A stretch of 63,208 bases of DNA, filler included. It is 6 parts of 6 records of this genome, joined end to end, with 100 filler letters (N's around TTAATTAATTAA, not from the genome) between each part and the next. Parts side by side here need not be neighbours in the genome. Positions count along the whole stretch, not along the records: positions 47,904 to 56,173 come from SRR31156797_25202; positions 56,274 to 63,208 come from SRR31156797_25206; 4 more parts are not named here. The stretch is one strand, 5' to 3'. Both the position numbers and the translations under genes were made by a program. The stretch's first letter is position 1. Every line of letters starts with the position of its first letter. The notes below the pieces were generated by a model that worked only from the letters and a program-made list of their open reading frames with translations, was not told the DNA's origin and made no database searches. This document shows positions 49,412 through 59,228 of the stretch, piece by piece.

Positions 49412-50809
49412 ATGGCTAAAATAATCGTTGTTGATGATCAAAAATCCTTTTGCGATCATATTAAAGTAATTCTTGAGACCGAAGGCTATGAAGTGGCGAC
49501 CTCTTTTGATACGGATAATGCCATAGAAATGATATCAAATGAAAATTTTGATATCATTTTAACGGATTATCGATTGGGTCCAATAGATGGAATCGAACTC
49601 TTTCATAGAGCGAGAAAAATTGATGAGGACCTGTCGGGAATTATGATGACGGCGTATGCTTCCATTGATTCGGCAATCAAATCAATTAAAGATGGTTTCA
49701 ATGACTATATTCAAAAGCCATTTGATCCTGAAATTTTGCTGATATCTGTTCGCAGGACGTTGAGAGAAAGGCGCATGGTCCAAGAGTTACGAAGCCTGCG
49801 GAGAGAAGTAACCGAAAGGTATTCTTTCCATAAAATTGTAGGTCGTCATCCAACGATGCAAAATGTATTTGAATTGATAAGCAAAGTCGCAAACCATGAC
49901 GCGCGTGTTTTAATTACAGGAGAAACAGGTGTTGGCAAAGAATTGGTTGCAAAAGCGATACATTATAATAGCAGCAGAAAGGATTACCCCTTTGTCGGTA
50001 TTAATTGTGCGGGGCTAACGGAGTCTTTGTTGGAGTCGGAGTTGTTCGGCTATGAAAAGGGGGCATTCACCGGTGCCAACAGAATCAAAAAAGGCAAGTT
50101 TGAATATGCGGCTGGTGGAACCGTTTTTTTAGATGAAATTGGTGACATATCTCTTCCCATCCAGATTAAGCTGCTGCGTGTTCTTCAGGAGAAGAAGTTT
50201 GAACGGGTCGGTGGAAATGAACCGATTAAAGCGGACATTCGAATCATATCCGCTACCAACCAGGACCTTGCGGATAAGATCAAACGAAATGAATTTCGGG
50301 TGGAACTTTTCTACCGATTAAATATATTTCCAATCCAGCTTCCCCCTCTGCGAGAAAGGATCGAAGACATACCTCTCCTGTCAAATCATTTTATCGAAAA
50401 ATTCAATAAAAAATACAACAAAAAGGTGAAAGACATATCTACTTCTGTCCTAAAGAATATGATGGCCTATTCCTGGCCGGGAAACGTCCGAGAGATGGAG
50501 AACATCATTGAACGAGAGTTTGTGACCATTGAGGGGCCCAAAATCGACAATATGGATCTATCCAGCCACTCAAAAGTTATTGAAACCCATTCGATGTATA
50601 ATGTGAATGTCGATATCCCCTTTAAATTAGCGAAATCAATCGTCGTAAAGCGATTTGAGAGGGCGTATTTGAAGCAGCTTTTGGAAAAATGCAAGGGGAA
50701 CGTAGCGGAAGCTGCCAGAAGATCAAAGATCAACTCGAGAACCCTCTGGCGGAAGATTAATTCTTACGAGTATGATATCAAAGCGTATACGGAAAATAAA
50801 GAATTGTAA
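49412..50809 (+). CDS. Sigma54-dependent response regulator (NtrC/AtoC/ZraR family)
   Basis: REC domain; [29 protein letters not shown] and WPGNVRE motifs; Fis-type HTH. Confidence 0.95.
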   Translation: MAKIIVVDDQKSFCDHIKVILETEGYEVATSFDTDNAIEMISNENFDIILTDYRLGPIDGIELFHRARKIDEDLSGIMMTAYASIDSAIKSIKDGFNDYIQKPFDPEILLISVRRTLRERRMVQELRSLRREVTERYSFHKIVGRHPTMQNVFELISKVANHDARVLITGETGVGKELVAKAIHYNSSRKDYPFVGINCAGLTESLLESELFGYEKGAFTGANRIKKGKFEYAAGGTVFLDEIGDISLPIQIKLLRVLQEKKFERVGGNEPIKADIRIISATNQDLADKIKRNEFRVELFYRLNIFPIQLPPLRERIEDIPLLSNHFIEKFNKKYNKKVKDISTSVLKNMMAYSWPGNVREMENIIEREFVTIEGPKIDNMDLSSHSKVIETHSMYNVNVDIPFKLAKSIVVKRFERAYLKQLLEKCKGNVAEAARRSKINSRTLWRKINSYEYDIKAYTENKEL

Positions 50810-50814
50810 TGGCA

Positions 50815-50840
50815 TGTCGCGGTGCGACATTTTTGCCGCA
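50815..50840. promoter_or_regulatory. Candidate enhancer (UAS) for the sigma54 activator
   Basis: Overlapping palindromes ATGTCGC-GGT-GCGACAT and TGCGACA-TTTT-TGCCGCA directly after the regulator stop. Confidence 0.5.
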
Positions 50841-51176
50841 GCTGTAATCAATTGTAATTATGTCAAATCGCGAAAATAAGACTTTTATGACGGACATGGC
50901 GGCCTCGATTGAGGCCAAGGTTAGTGGCGACCCATGAGTTGAGCATACTTAGGATGCTCCTTTTATCCGTTTTCTGTTTGAGTCGGTATACCCCCGGAAG
51001 AAATTCCTATTCTCAAGTCTTCCATACTGCTATTCAACTTGCTTAAATAACAAAGTAAAATAAAATTTTTCTTAGGTTTTTCATATCCCCAAATAAAGTT
51101 TTATCTAATTTTATAGCATTCCCGTTTTTTCACCTTCGTTTTCTCATCCGTTTTATCGGTAGCTATTCTTTCCATA

Positions 51177-51192
51177 TGGCATCATTGTTGCT
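51177..51192 (+). promoter_or_regulatory. Sigma54 (-24/-12) promoter
   Basis: TGGCATCATTGTTGCT matches TGGCA-N6-TTGC with GG-N10-GC spacing, about 110 nt upstream of the GTG start. Confidence 0.85.
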
Positions 51193-51300
51193 GAATTATC
51201 GGTCATTGCCCCCAGTATAAGCACTCGCAATATCGTTTTATGCTAGAATTTTTAGATTCTATAAGGTAAGCGCACGGCCAACTTCAAAAGGAGGAAAATT

Positions 51301-52806
51301 GTGGAAGGTATCTCTGAAAAAGCAATCGCTAGACTAGAGGCTGCATTGGGAAAGGAAAACGTTTACCCGGACAACCCCCATCGGGCAGTGAGGGCCGCTG
51401 TTCCGTCACCATTTCCGGTCTGCCATTGGGAAAATCATATTCCTGATATCGTTGTATTGCCCAAAACCACAGATGAAGTCGTGGAAATTATGAATGTTGC
51501 AAATGAATTCAAGATCCCGGTCGTGCCAAGGGCAGGCGCAACCGGTCTTGCAGATGGTGCCGTCCCTTTAAAAAAAGGTATCTTGTTGGACGTTAAACGA
51601 ATGGATGAGATACTCGAAATCGATGATGTTAACATGACAGCCACCGTTCAACCCGGCATCGGCATGCTGGAACTCAACAAAACACTCTCCCGACTCGGTC
51701 TCTTCTATCCTGATGATCCTGCCTCATATCCTTGTGCTATTATCGGTGGAAGAATCGGAACCGGCGGTTTTAGCTTGATGGGGGCAGGTTACGGGCACGT
51801 CCCGGATCTGGTTATCAGTATGGAAGTTGTACTGCCCACCGGTAAAGTGATTCGCGTAGGGGGTGGTGGCGGGCAGAAAATACGTAAATCTTCCGTTGGA
51901 TACAGGCTGAAAGACCTGTTCATCGGACACCAGGGAACCTTGGGAGTCACGACGGAAGCCACCATCGACCTATGCAAAAAACCGGAAGCGGAATGTCCCG
52001 CATTTTTTGGTACCGGCAGTTTTGAAGAGTCGCATGAACTGGCACTCGAACTGGAGAGGCTCGGTCTGAAAACGATGACGGCTGTTGTAATCTTCGATAA
52101 TGAGAAAATCGAATTTCTGCGTCGGGACGATGAAGCGTATATCCCGCAACCCAAGGACGTCGTCTCAGTTGTTCTCGCCTTGCTGTATGGCTCGGAAGGA
52201 GAGGTGAGAGCCGCACGGGATAGAGTGTTTGAAACGGCAGTTGACAAGATGAACGCAAAATACCTCGGTGATGAAATTGCCAAAGGTGACTGGGCGTCTC
52301 GTCATGATCGGTACCATATTACATACCATGGAAGAAACGCGGCCGGAGAAGTATCCATGATGAGCTGGCATTGTGAAGATGCTGCCATCGTTCATAGCGA
52401 ACTCCCCTACGTAAGAAAAAAATGGCACGAAATCGTAAAGAGATACAAAAAAGAGTATGACGGCTATTTTGATGATTGGGGCATGTTCATGTACACTAAC
52501 AATCCGTTTCGGGCATATGGCGATTACCTGACGGAAGTGGATATTGGTGTAAATGATTTGGATATGACACCCGAAATCTGGGAAGCCTTCAAGAAAATGA
52601 AATCGGAGATTGCTGAAGTTGCACTGGAAGCAGGGGGAAGCATATCTGCCTGTCACGGTGGAACAAGGCCCGGTGATGTTGAGATTGCCTGCTATAAGGA
52701 GTTGGCTGAAGGTTCCTACGATTTGATGAAAGATCTCAAAAAAATGTTGGATCCTAACAATATCATGAATCCCGGAAAATACTTGCTGGATGAGGCATAT
52801 AAATAA
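51301..52806 (+). CDS. FAD-binding oxidoreductase (VAO/PCMH fold; GlcD/D-LDH/ADPS superfamily)
   Basis: PDIVVLPKTTDEV, VVPRAGATGLADGAVP, YPDDPAS, GHQGTLGV.TE and K.MLDPNNIMNPGK motifs; RBS AGGAGG. Confidence 0.9.
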   Translation: MEGISEKAIARLEAALGKENVYPDNPHRAVRAAVPSPFPVCHWENHIPDIVVLPKTTDEVVEIMNVANEFKIPVVPRAGATGLADGAVPLKKGILLDVKRMDEILEIDDVNMTATVQPGIGMLELNKTLSRLGLFYPDDPASYPCAIIGGRIGTGGFSLMGAGYGHVPDLVISMEVVLPTGKVIRVGGGGGQKIRKSSVGYRLKDLFIGHQGTLGVTTEATIDLCKKPEAECPAFFGTGSFEESHELALELERLGLKTMTAVVIFDNEKIEFLRRDDEAYIPQPKDVVSVVLALLYGSEGEVRAARDRVFETAVDKMNAKYLGDEIAKGDWASRHDRYHITYHGRNAAGEVSMMSWHCEDAAIVHSELPYVRKKWHEIVKRYKKEYDGYFDDWGMFMYTNNPFRAYGDYLTEVDIGVNDLDMTPEIWEAFKKMKSEIAEVALEAGGSISACHGGTRPGDVEIACYKELAEGSYDLMKDLKKMLDPNNIMNPGKYLLDEAYK

Positions 52807-52819
52807 AAAGGAGGCTAGC

Positions 52820-54034
52820 ATGTCGGAAGTATATATCAGCAAAAAATCTTTTTATGATACTCCATTGGGTGATGACAAACCGGTTCCTCCCGAAATGCGA
52901 AGGGACTGCTATGCTGTATTTGCATGCAGGCATAAATTCTGCCGGGACGTCTGCCCTGTATATTTTGAATCCCGCGATGAAACGACAAGTTCCTACGGTC
53001 TACACACATCAATTCTGGGTGCAGCGGAAGGGCATGTCCAATTATCCGATTTACAAGATACGGTTACCATGTGCTTGGAGTGTGGTGCTTGTGAGCTCCG
53101 ATGCCCCAATTCACTGTATACCGGAGACTTTTACGGCCAGTCCACCACTCTCGTGGAACTCGTACGCAAGGTGAGAAGAGACCTTATTGCCCAGGGAACA
53201 CCGCCTACCAATTGGGAAGAAGTCCAAAAATATATCAATCAGGATCTCGAAAGAGAGAAGGAACCCGGTGATGAATTGGTGAAATGGGCGAACGATCTCG
53301 ATCCGCCGCGAAAAGGCAAGACGATGCTGTTTGTGGATTATTTCAATGCCGGTCAGACAACAGATGTCCCTAGAAATGCAGCAAAGATACTAAAAGCAGC
53401 AGGGGTAAAATTTGGCATCCTGGATAAACCATTTCCGACATTGGGGGAATTGTACGAAAGCGACAAGGACCTTTGGCTTTCCTATGCCCAGAAAAATGTC
53501 GATGCGCTCACCAAAGCGGGTGCAAAGACCGTGGTGGTTGTCAACCCCCATGATTTCATCTTTTTCGTCAGAGAATACTCAAAATTCATGGAACTTCCTT
53601 TCGACGTGATTTACATCACAGATTACATTTGGAGCTTGGTCGAGAAAGGTAAGATCGAGTTTAAAAATGAAGTTCACATGAATGCAACCTATCATGACCC
53701 CTGTTCCTTGAATAAACATGTTCTGAACTGGGAGGCGCCGCGAAAGTTGATTAACGCGTTGCCCGGTATCAATTTCAAGGCCGATGACCATATTCAGCAG
53801 TGGGATTATTGCTGCGGCAACGGACTGAACAGTTTTAAACGACTTAAACCGGATGTCTCTTACAAAATCGGATTGAGAAGATTCAGCATGGCGGAGGAAG
53901 TAGGTGCCGAGCAAATGATTGTAGCCTGCCCCCATTGTCTAGACCAGTTCACTGAAGTGAAAACAAAATCCGGGAGCAGCATAGAACCGGTACATATTCT
54001 GGATATAATAGCACAATCGATGGGAATTTCATAA
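52820..54034 (+). CDS. Fe-S oxidoreductase with ferredoxin-like motifs and CCG domain (GlcF/HdrD-like)
   Basis: CLECGACELRCP, TYHDPC, YCCG and ACPHC motifs; RBS AGGAGG before ATG 52820. Confidence 0.88.
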   Translation: MSEVYISKKSFYDTPLGDDKPVPPEMRRDCYAVFACRHKFCRDVCPVYFESRDETTSSYGLHTSILGAAEGHVQLSDLQDTVTMCLECGACELRCPNSLYTGDFYGQSTTLVELVRKVRRDLIAQGTPPTNWEEVQKYINQDLEREKEPGDELVKWANDLDPPRKGKTMLFVDYFNAGQTTDVPRNAAKILKAAGVKFGILDKPFPTLGELYESDKDLWLSYAQKNVDALTKAGAKTVVVVNPHDFIFFVREYSKFMELPFDVIYITDYIWSLVEKGKIEFKNEVHMNATYHDPCSLNKHVLNWEAPRKLINALPGINFKADDHIQQWDYCCGNGLNSFKRLKPDVSYKIGLRRFSMAEEVGAEQMIVACPHCLDQFTEVKTKSGSSIEPVHILDIIAQSMGIS

Positions 54035-54049
54035 ACATAGGAGGCTGTA

Positions 54050-54238
54050 ATGTCTGAAAATGTAATCATTAAACATGGGCATTTTCGTGTGGAACCATGG
54101 CGGATGGAAAAAATTCTGACTCAGGAATTGAGTGAAACGGAAAAAGAGCGGTTCGCCATCAATAGGGAACAATGGCTTGACTGGATGAACAGCCATTTCG
54201 CAGAGAAAACCATCTTGGCCCCTGAAAAATATAAGTGA
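54050..54238 (+). CDS. Small hypothetical protein (62 aa) within the oxidoreductase operon
   Basis: Strong RBS AGGAGG 6 nt upstream; starts 15 nt after the Fe-S gene stop. Confidence 0.72.
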   Translation: MSENVIIKHGHFRVEPWRMEKILTQELSETEKERFAINREQWLDWMNSHFAEKTILAPEKYK

Positions 54239-54343
54239 TAAATTGAATTTTATTCGTGATTCCAACCCTTAGGATGACCGTTAGCGATCAAAGTTCCATT
54301 GGATCGCTGACGGTCGATTCTATGATTAAATCCCGGAGGAATA

Positions 54344-55126
54344 ATGGAAATTGCAGTATTACTAAAACATGTGGTCGACTCCACGGAAGTACGATTCGAT
54401 GACAAGACAGGAGAACTTCGGCTGCGGGGTTTGCCCGAGAAAATAAGCGATTACGATAAACACGCCATCGAAGCGGCAGTCAAAATCAAATCGGAATTGA
54501 GTGCAAAGGTAACCGCCTATAGTTTCGGCTTAAAAAGTGCTACCAAATCGTTGAAAGAAGCCGTTGCAATGGGAGCAGATGAGGGGATTCTAATCACGGA
54601 TAGCAATGCCGATAAAATCTTTGATCCAATTTTCACTGCTGACGTTTTAGTCCGGGCCATCGAAGAAAAAGGCGGGGCGGACATCATACTCTCCGGTGCG
54701 ATGACGGAAGATTTAACCAACCTGATTACCAGCCCCTCCGTTGCCTATAAACTGGAATATCCCCACATATCTAACGTGACCGAACTTACCTCCATCCAAG
54801 AAAAGAAGGTCAGTGGGGTATTCGAAATGGATGGGATGAATCATGAATTTCAGGCTCAGTTGCCATTGGTGATGTCCGTAACCAGAAAATTGAACGAACC
54901 ACGGCTGGCAACGAAAATTCAGATCCTGAAGATTCCGATGAAAAAAGTGTCTACCATGACATTGGGAGACTTGGGCATCGAATCCGAGGGGGCTGACAGC
55001 CCGCTGGCACATTTTGACTCCTACACCCCCATCACCAAAGAGAGAAAAAAGGTGATCATTAGCGGGGAAGTGGATACTATGGTGGATGAATTGATTAAAA
55101 AAATCAAAGAGGAGAGTGTGCTGTGA
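54344..55126 (+). CDS. etfB: Electron transfer flavoprotein beta subunit
   Basis: VLLKHVVD, YDKHAIEAA, EAVAMGADEG and LNEPR motifs. Confidence 0.9.
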   Translation: MEIAVLLKHVVDSTEVRFDDKTGELRLRGLPEKISDYDKHAIEAAVKIKSELSAKVTAYSFGLKSATKSLKEAVAMGADEGILITDSNADKIFDPIFTADVLVRAIEEKGGADIILSGAMTEDLTNLITSPSVAYKLEYPHISNVTELTSIQEKKVSGVFEMDGMNHEFQAQLPLVMSVTRKLNEPRLATKIQILKIPMKKVSTMTLGDLGIESEGADSPLAHFDSYTPITKERKKVIISGEVDTMVDELIKKIKEESVL

Positions 55127-55992
55127 AAACCCTTTTCATTTCAACCGACACCAATTCACTTACAAAATTACATGCCTTTAGCCGACAGTTGGATGAAATC
55201 AACGAACCCCATTTCATTCTGGTTCAAATGACCGGCAGCATCACCATGGATGCAATAGCGAAGCTGAGAAAAGAAAACAAGCTATATGGGTATGATCTGG
55301 TTATCCTGGCAGATCAGGATTGGGACCAGGAAATTGCTGCCGGAATTGCCGTCAGTTTGGAGACCAGTTGTTCCACCAGGTGTGCGAATGTTACCGTAGA
55401 AAACGATACGATGAAAATCATGCGGGAAGTTTTCGGTGGCTTGGCCCATCTGAATTTGAATGTGAAAAAAAAGCCGTATGTCCTTACCATCGCGACCAGT
55501 TACCTTAATGCGTCGCCGGCAGAAAAAGATTGGGCGGATTTTGAAACCATCACCGCCGAAAAGAACGAACCCTCCGTTGAGTTGACCGCTTCCGTAAAAA
55601 TTGAAAAATCAGTAGATTTAACCAATGCCAAAAAAATCGTTTCCGTGGGACGTGGAATCGACAAGGAAGAAAATATATCCATTGTCGAAGGACTGGCAAA
55701 GGCATTGGATGCAGAATTCGGCTGTTCCCGTCCGATCTCTGAAGACTTCAAGTGGCTGCCCATTGAAAGGCAAGTGGGGCTCACCGGAGAAATTGTGAAA
55801 CCCGATTTATATATTGCCGTCGGTATTTCCGGTCAAGTTCAGCACGTGGTCGGGATGAGAGATTCGAAAGTTGTGATTGCCATCAACAATAATAAAAGCG
55901 CGCCGATTTTCGAGTTTTGTGATTATGGGTTGGTTGGCGATCTTTTTGAAATCGTACCCGCCTTTATACAAAAAATTGCAGATGCCGAGTAG
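55123..55992 (+). CDS. etfA: Electron transfer flavoprotein alpha subunit (short N-terminal domain)
   Basis: IVSVGRG, GCSRP, QVGLTG..VKPDLYIAVGISGQVQHVVGM and AINNNKSAPIF motifs; GTGA overlap with etfB. Confidence 0.92.
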   Translation: MKTLFISTDTNSLTKLHAFSRQLDEINEPHFILVQMTGSITMDAIAKLRKENKLYGYDLVILADQDWDQEIAAGIAVSLETSCSTRCANVTVENDTMKIMREVFGGLAHLNLNVKKKPYVLTIATSYLNASPAEKDWADFETITAEKNEPSVELTASVKIEKSVDLTNAKKIVSVGRGIDKEENISIVEGLAKALDAEFGCSRPISEDFKWLPIERQVGLTGEIVKPDLYIAVGISGQVQHVVGMRDSKVVIAINNNKSAPIFEFCDYGLVGDLFEIVPAFIQKIADAE

Positions 55993-56173
55993 TGTGCGCC
56001 ATCGATGGTATCGTTTGAATGTAACGCCAATACAAAGGTTGACGGTTCATGCCTAACAGACAATTCATGCCTTTTATGCCGGAAACGACAAGTTACGTAA
56101 TGTACCTTTCCTTTTTCATTGCGTTAATAATCCATTTGTACGGTCTGAGAAAACTTGCCGATCGAATCGGGGG

Positions 56174-56273
56174 NNNNNNNNNNNNNNNNNNNNNNNNNNN
56201 NNNNNNNNNNNNNNNNNTTAATTAATTAANNNNNNNNNNNNNNNNNNNNNNNNNNNNNNNNNNNNNNNNNNNN
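56174..56273. other. Artificial contig spacer
   Basis: N-run + TTAATTAATTAA + N-run. Confidence 0.98.
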
Positions 56274-56274
56274 G

Positions 56275-57921
56275 GAATATTCATTAAAAATGATTGAAGA
56301 GCTGGCAAAGCATTACGGAAAAGATGATCGTATAATGGGTTGGCAGGTCGATAACGAACCTCATTCGAATGTTGATTTTGGTGAAAATGCAGTGCATCGT
56401 TTTCGCGATTGGTTGAAAAAGAAATACAATACAATCGATGAATTAAACATGGCGTGGGGAACAAATTTTTGGAGCGGAACTTATTCCGATTTTTCCGAAA
56501 TTAATTTACCAAAACACCGGCAGTGGGGAATGAATCTTTACCAAAGACTGGATCATGGTCGTTTTTGCGATTTTGAGACTTCATCGTTTCTCGATGAACA
56601 GGCAATAACAATTCGAAAGTTTGCTAATCCGCACCAGTGGATTACTACTAATTATATTCCAACTTACGAAGCCCGTTATATCGGCGCAAGTAAAAAACTC
56701 GATTTTATTACATACACCCGATATATGGTTTATGGAGAGCATAAAGGAATAGGAAGGGAAGGTTACCGAATTGGTGAATATTCAAGAATTGCAATGGCGA
56801 ACGACTATTTCAGACCGTTGTCGCCAACTTATGGAGTTATGGAGCTTCAGCCCGGACAGGTAAATTGGGGGAGTATTAATTCACAACCATTGCCCGGTGC
56901 AGTTCGTCTTTGGCTGTGGCATGTTTTTGCCGGCGGAAGTAAATTTACTTGTACATACCGTTTTAGAGCGCCAATTTACGGGTACGAACAATATCATTAC
57001 GGTATTGTTGGAACCGACGGTGTTACACCAACACCGGGTGGATTGGAGTTTAAGAAGTTTATCGACGAAATTCAAGTACTAAGAGAGAATTCATCTTCTA
57101 AAATTGTTCCCGATGCATATTTGAAAAGAAAAACCGCAATTTTATACGATCCCGACAACACAGCAGCTATCAATCAAAATAAACAAACCGAAACCTGGAA
57201 TACCGAACAACATATTTTGAAATATTATAAATCGTTAAAATCGTTTGGTGCACCGGTAGATTTTATCAGGTCTGATATGGATTTTAAAAATTATCCGGTA
57301 ATTGTTGCTCCGGCCTATCAGCAAATGAGTTTGGAATTAATACAAAAATTAACCAATTATGTTGAAAATGGCGGTAATCTGGTAATGTCGTGCAGAACCG
57401 GTCATCAGGATGAAAAAGGACACTTATGGGAGGCAAAACATGCTGCTCCAATTTATAATTTAATCGGTGGAGAAATAGAATATTTCGATTTATTGAGGCC
57501 ACATTCACCTGGAAAAATAAAAATGGAGGGCAAAAATTATGAATGGATAAGTTGGGGCGATATTTTAAAACCAAATGCAGATACAGAATCCTGGGCTTTT
57601 TATAATAGCGAGTTTTATTCAGGAAAACCAGCTGTTTCATTTCATAAAATGGGAAAAGGAACTGTTACCTATGTTGGAGTCGACAGTTCTGAAGGTGATT
57701 TGGAAAATATTGTACTTAAAAAGTTATTTAACCGGTTACAAATTGAAATAGAAAATTTACCCAAAGGGATAATTCAGGAGTTTCGTGATGGGTTTGGAAT
57801 AGCCCTAAACTATACTAATGAAAATTATGAAATTCAAATTCCAAAAGGTTCGGAAATATTGGTAGGAGAGGATATTATTCCACCTGCCGGAGTCAGTGTT
57901 TGGAAGATCAATGAAAAATAA
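56275..57921 (+). CDS. GH42 beta-galactosidase, 5'-truncated
   Basis: WQVDNEP (acid/base), LNMAWGTNFWS, VMELQPGQVNW (nucleophile) and EQYHYG motifs; trimerisation domain. Confidence 0.9.
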   Translation, partial: EYSLKMIEELAKHYGKDDRIMGWQVDNEPHSNVDFGENAVHRFRDWLKKKYNTIDELNMAWGTNFWSGTYSDFSEINLPKHRQWGMNLYQRLDHGRFCDFETSSFLDEQAITIRKFANPHQWITTNYIPTYEARYIGASKKLDFITYTRYMVYGEHKGIGREGYRIGEYSRIAMANDYFRPLSPTYGVMELQPGQVNWGSINSQPLPGAVRLWLWHVFAGGSKFTCTYRFRAPIYGYEQYHYGIVGTDGVTPTPGGLEFKKFIDEIQVLRENSSSKIVPDAYLKRKTAILYDPDNTAAINQNKQTETWNTEQHILKYYKSLKSFGAPVDFIRSDMDFKNYPVIVAPAYQQMSLELIQKLTNYVENGGNLVMSCRTGHQDEKGHLWEAKHAAPIYNLIGGEIEYFDLLRPHSPGKIKMEGKNYEWISWGDILKPNADTESWAFYNSEFYSGKPAVSFHKMGKGTVTYVGVDSSEGDLENIVLKKLFNRLQIEIENLPKGIIQEFRDGFGIALNYTNENYEIQIPKGSEILVGEDIIPPAGVSVWKINEK

Positions 57922-58144
57922 TTAACAATTTTGAGTTTTTATTAAGTTAGACCTGATTTTTCACCGCGGATTTGGAAAATAATAGTAATATTAAACCTTT
58001 TTCATTTTTAATGATGAGAATTAAACAATTTTGATTTTTTTTGTAAAAGAAATATAAGGAACATAGGATATAATAAATACTATGTTGTTTTTCAAAAGCA
58101 AATCTTGGTTATCAAGGTTTATTTTAGTTGGTTAGTTAGTTTTG

Positions 58145-58178
58145 AAAAGCCGCTTGTTGAAGCGGCTTTTCTTTTTTT
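58145..58178 (+). terminator. Intrinsic terminator
   Basis: AAAAGCCGCTT-GTTG-AAGCGGCTTTT followed by a T-tract. Confidence 0.85.
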
Positions 58179-58326
58179 AAATGAGGCAACAATTTTTATA
58201 CCGAAAATCATTTCTGCATATTAAATCTGCTCATAATATTTTATTTTAAGTTTTTTACGAAAAAAATGAATGTATTTTATTAAGCTACATCATAGAGAGC
58301 TTTAAAAAAATAACTATTTTTATGCT

Positions 58327-58340
58327 CGTGTTCGCACACG
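58327..58340. promoter_or_regulatory. Candidate LacI-type operator
   Basis: CGTGTTCGCACACG, a near-perfect palindrome with central CG in AT-rich DNA, about 40 nt upstream of the next ATG. Confidence 0.5.
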
Positions 58341-58378
58341 GCGTTGACAGTTGCCAACTATAAATTAAATTAATAATA

Positions 58379-59209
58379 ATGACCAACAGAAGAACCTTTT
58401 TAAAAACAGCCGGAATAGGACTTGCTGCAGTCTCGGTTCCGGGAATTACCAGTGCTACAAATTCTTTAAAGTACAGTAAATTTAATTTCGATTTTGGAGT
58501 TGCATCCTATACATTACGAAGTTTTTCCAGGGAAGAGGCACTGGATATGACATTACGTTGTGGTGTTAACCGCATTACTTTTAAAAGCATGCATTTGCCT
58601 TTAAACTCCGATAAAGAAACAATTAAAGAAGCCGTTGCATTATGTAAAGAAAAAGGTGTTTCCTTATATGGTGGCGGAGTTATTTATATGAAAACCAAAG
58701 AGGAAGTAGATCAGGCTTTTGAGTATGCAAAAACAGCCGAAATGAAAATGATTGTTGGTGTTCCCAGCCATGAATTACTGGAATATGTGGAAGGAAAAGT
58801 AAAAGAATACGATATTAAACTTGCTATCCACAACCATGGTCCGGGAGACTTGGTATATCCCAGTGCCGAAAGTGCATATGTACGAATAAAGAATATGGAC
58901 AAAAGAATGGGACTTTGTATCGATATTGGTCATACAAAAAGAATAAACCGGAATCCGGAACAAGATGTAAAAGACTTTTTTGATCGTGTTTTCGATATTC
59001 ATATAAAAGATGTAACCAAAGCCGACAGCGATGGAACAACTTGTATAATCGGACGTGGTGTTATCGATTTTCCTTCATTCCTGAAAACAATAGTTGATTT
59101 GAATTATAAGGGAACACTTGCGTTGGAATACGAAGCTGAAGGGAATGACCCACTTCCGGCAATGATGGAGTCTTTTGGTTATATAAAAGGAATTTTGAGC
59201 ACAATGTAA
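58379..59209 (+). CDS. Tat-exported sugar phosphate isomerase/epimerase (AP_endonuc_2 TIM barrel)
   Basis: NRRTFLK Tat motif; IHNHGP, DIGH, HIKD and LEYE metal-site motifs. Confidence 0.88.
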   Translation: MTNRRTFLKTAGIGLAAVSVPGITSATNSLKYSKFNFDFGVASYTLRSFSREEALDMTLRCGVNRITFKSMHLPLNSDKETIKEAVALCKEKGVSLYGGGVIYMKTKEEVDQAFEYAKTAEMKMIVGVPSHELLEYVEGKVKEYDIKLAIHNHGPGDLVYPSAESAYVRIKNMDKRMGLCIDIGHTKRINRNPEQDVKDFFDRVFDIHIKDVTKADSDGTTCIIGRGVIDFPSFLKTIVDLNYKGTLALEYEAEGNDPLPAMMESFGYIKGILSTM

Positions 59210-59228
59210 ATTAACTAACTATCATAAA

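Noticed and set aside
52165-52842. 225-aa antisense ORF over the FAD oxidoreductase
   Set aside because: Shadow of a well-supported + strand gene.
10051-56273. Five identical TTAATTAATTAA elements inside N-runs
   Set aside because: Artificial contig-joining linkers, not biological repeats. Cross-spacer gene associations were therefore not used.
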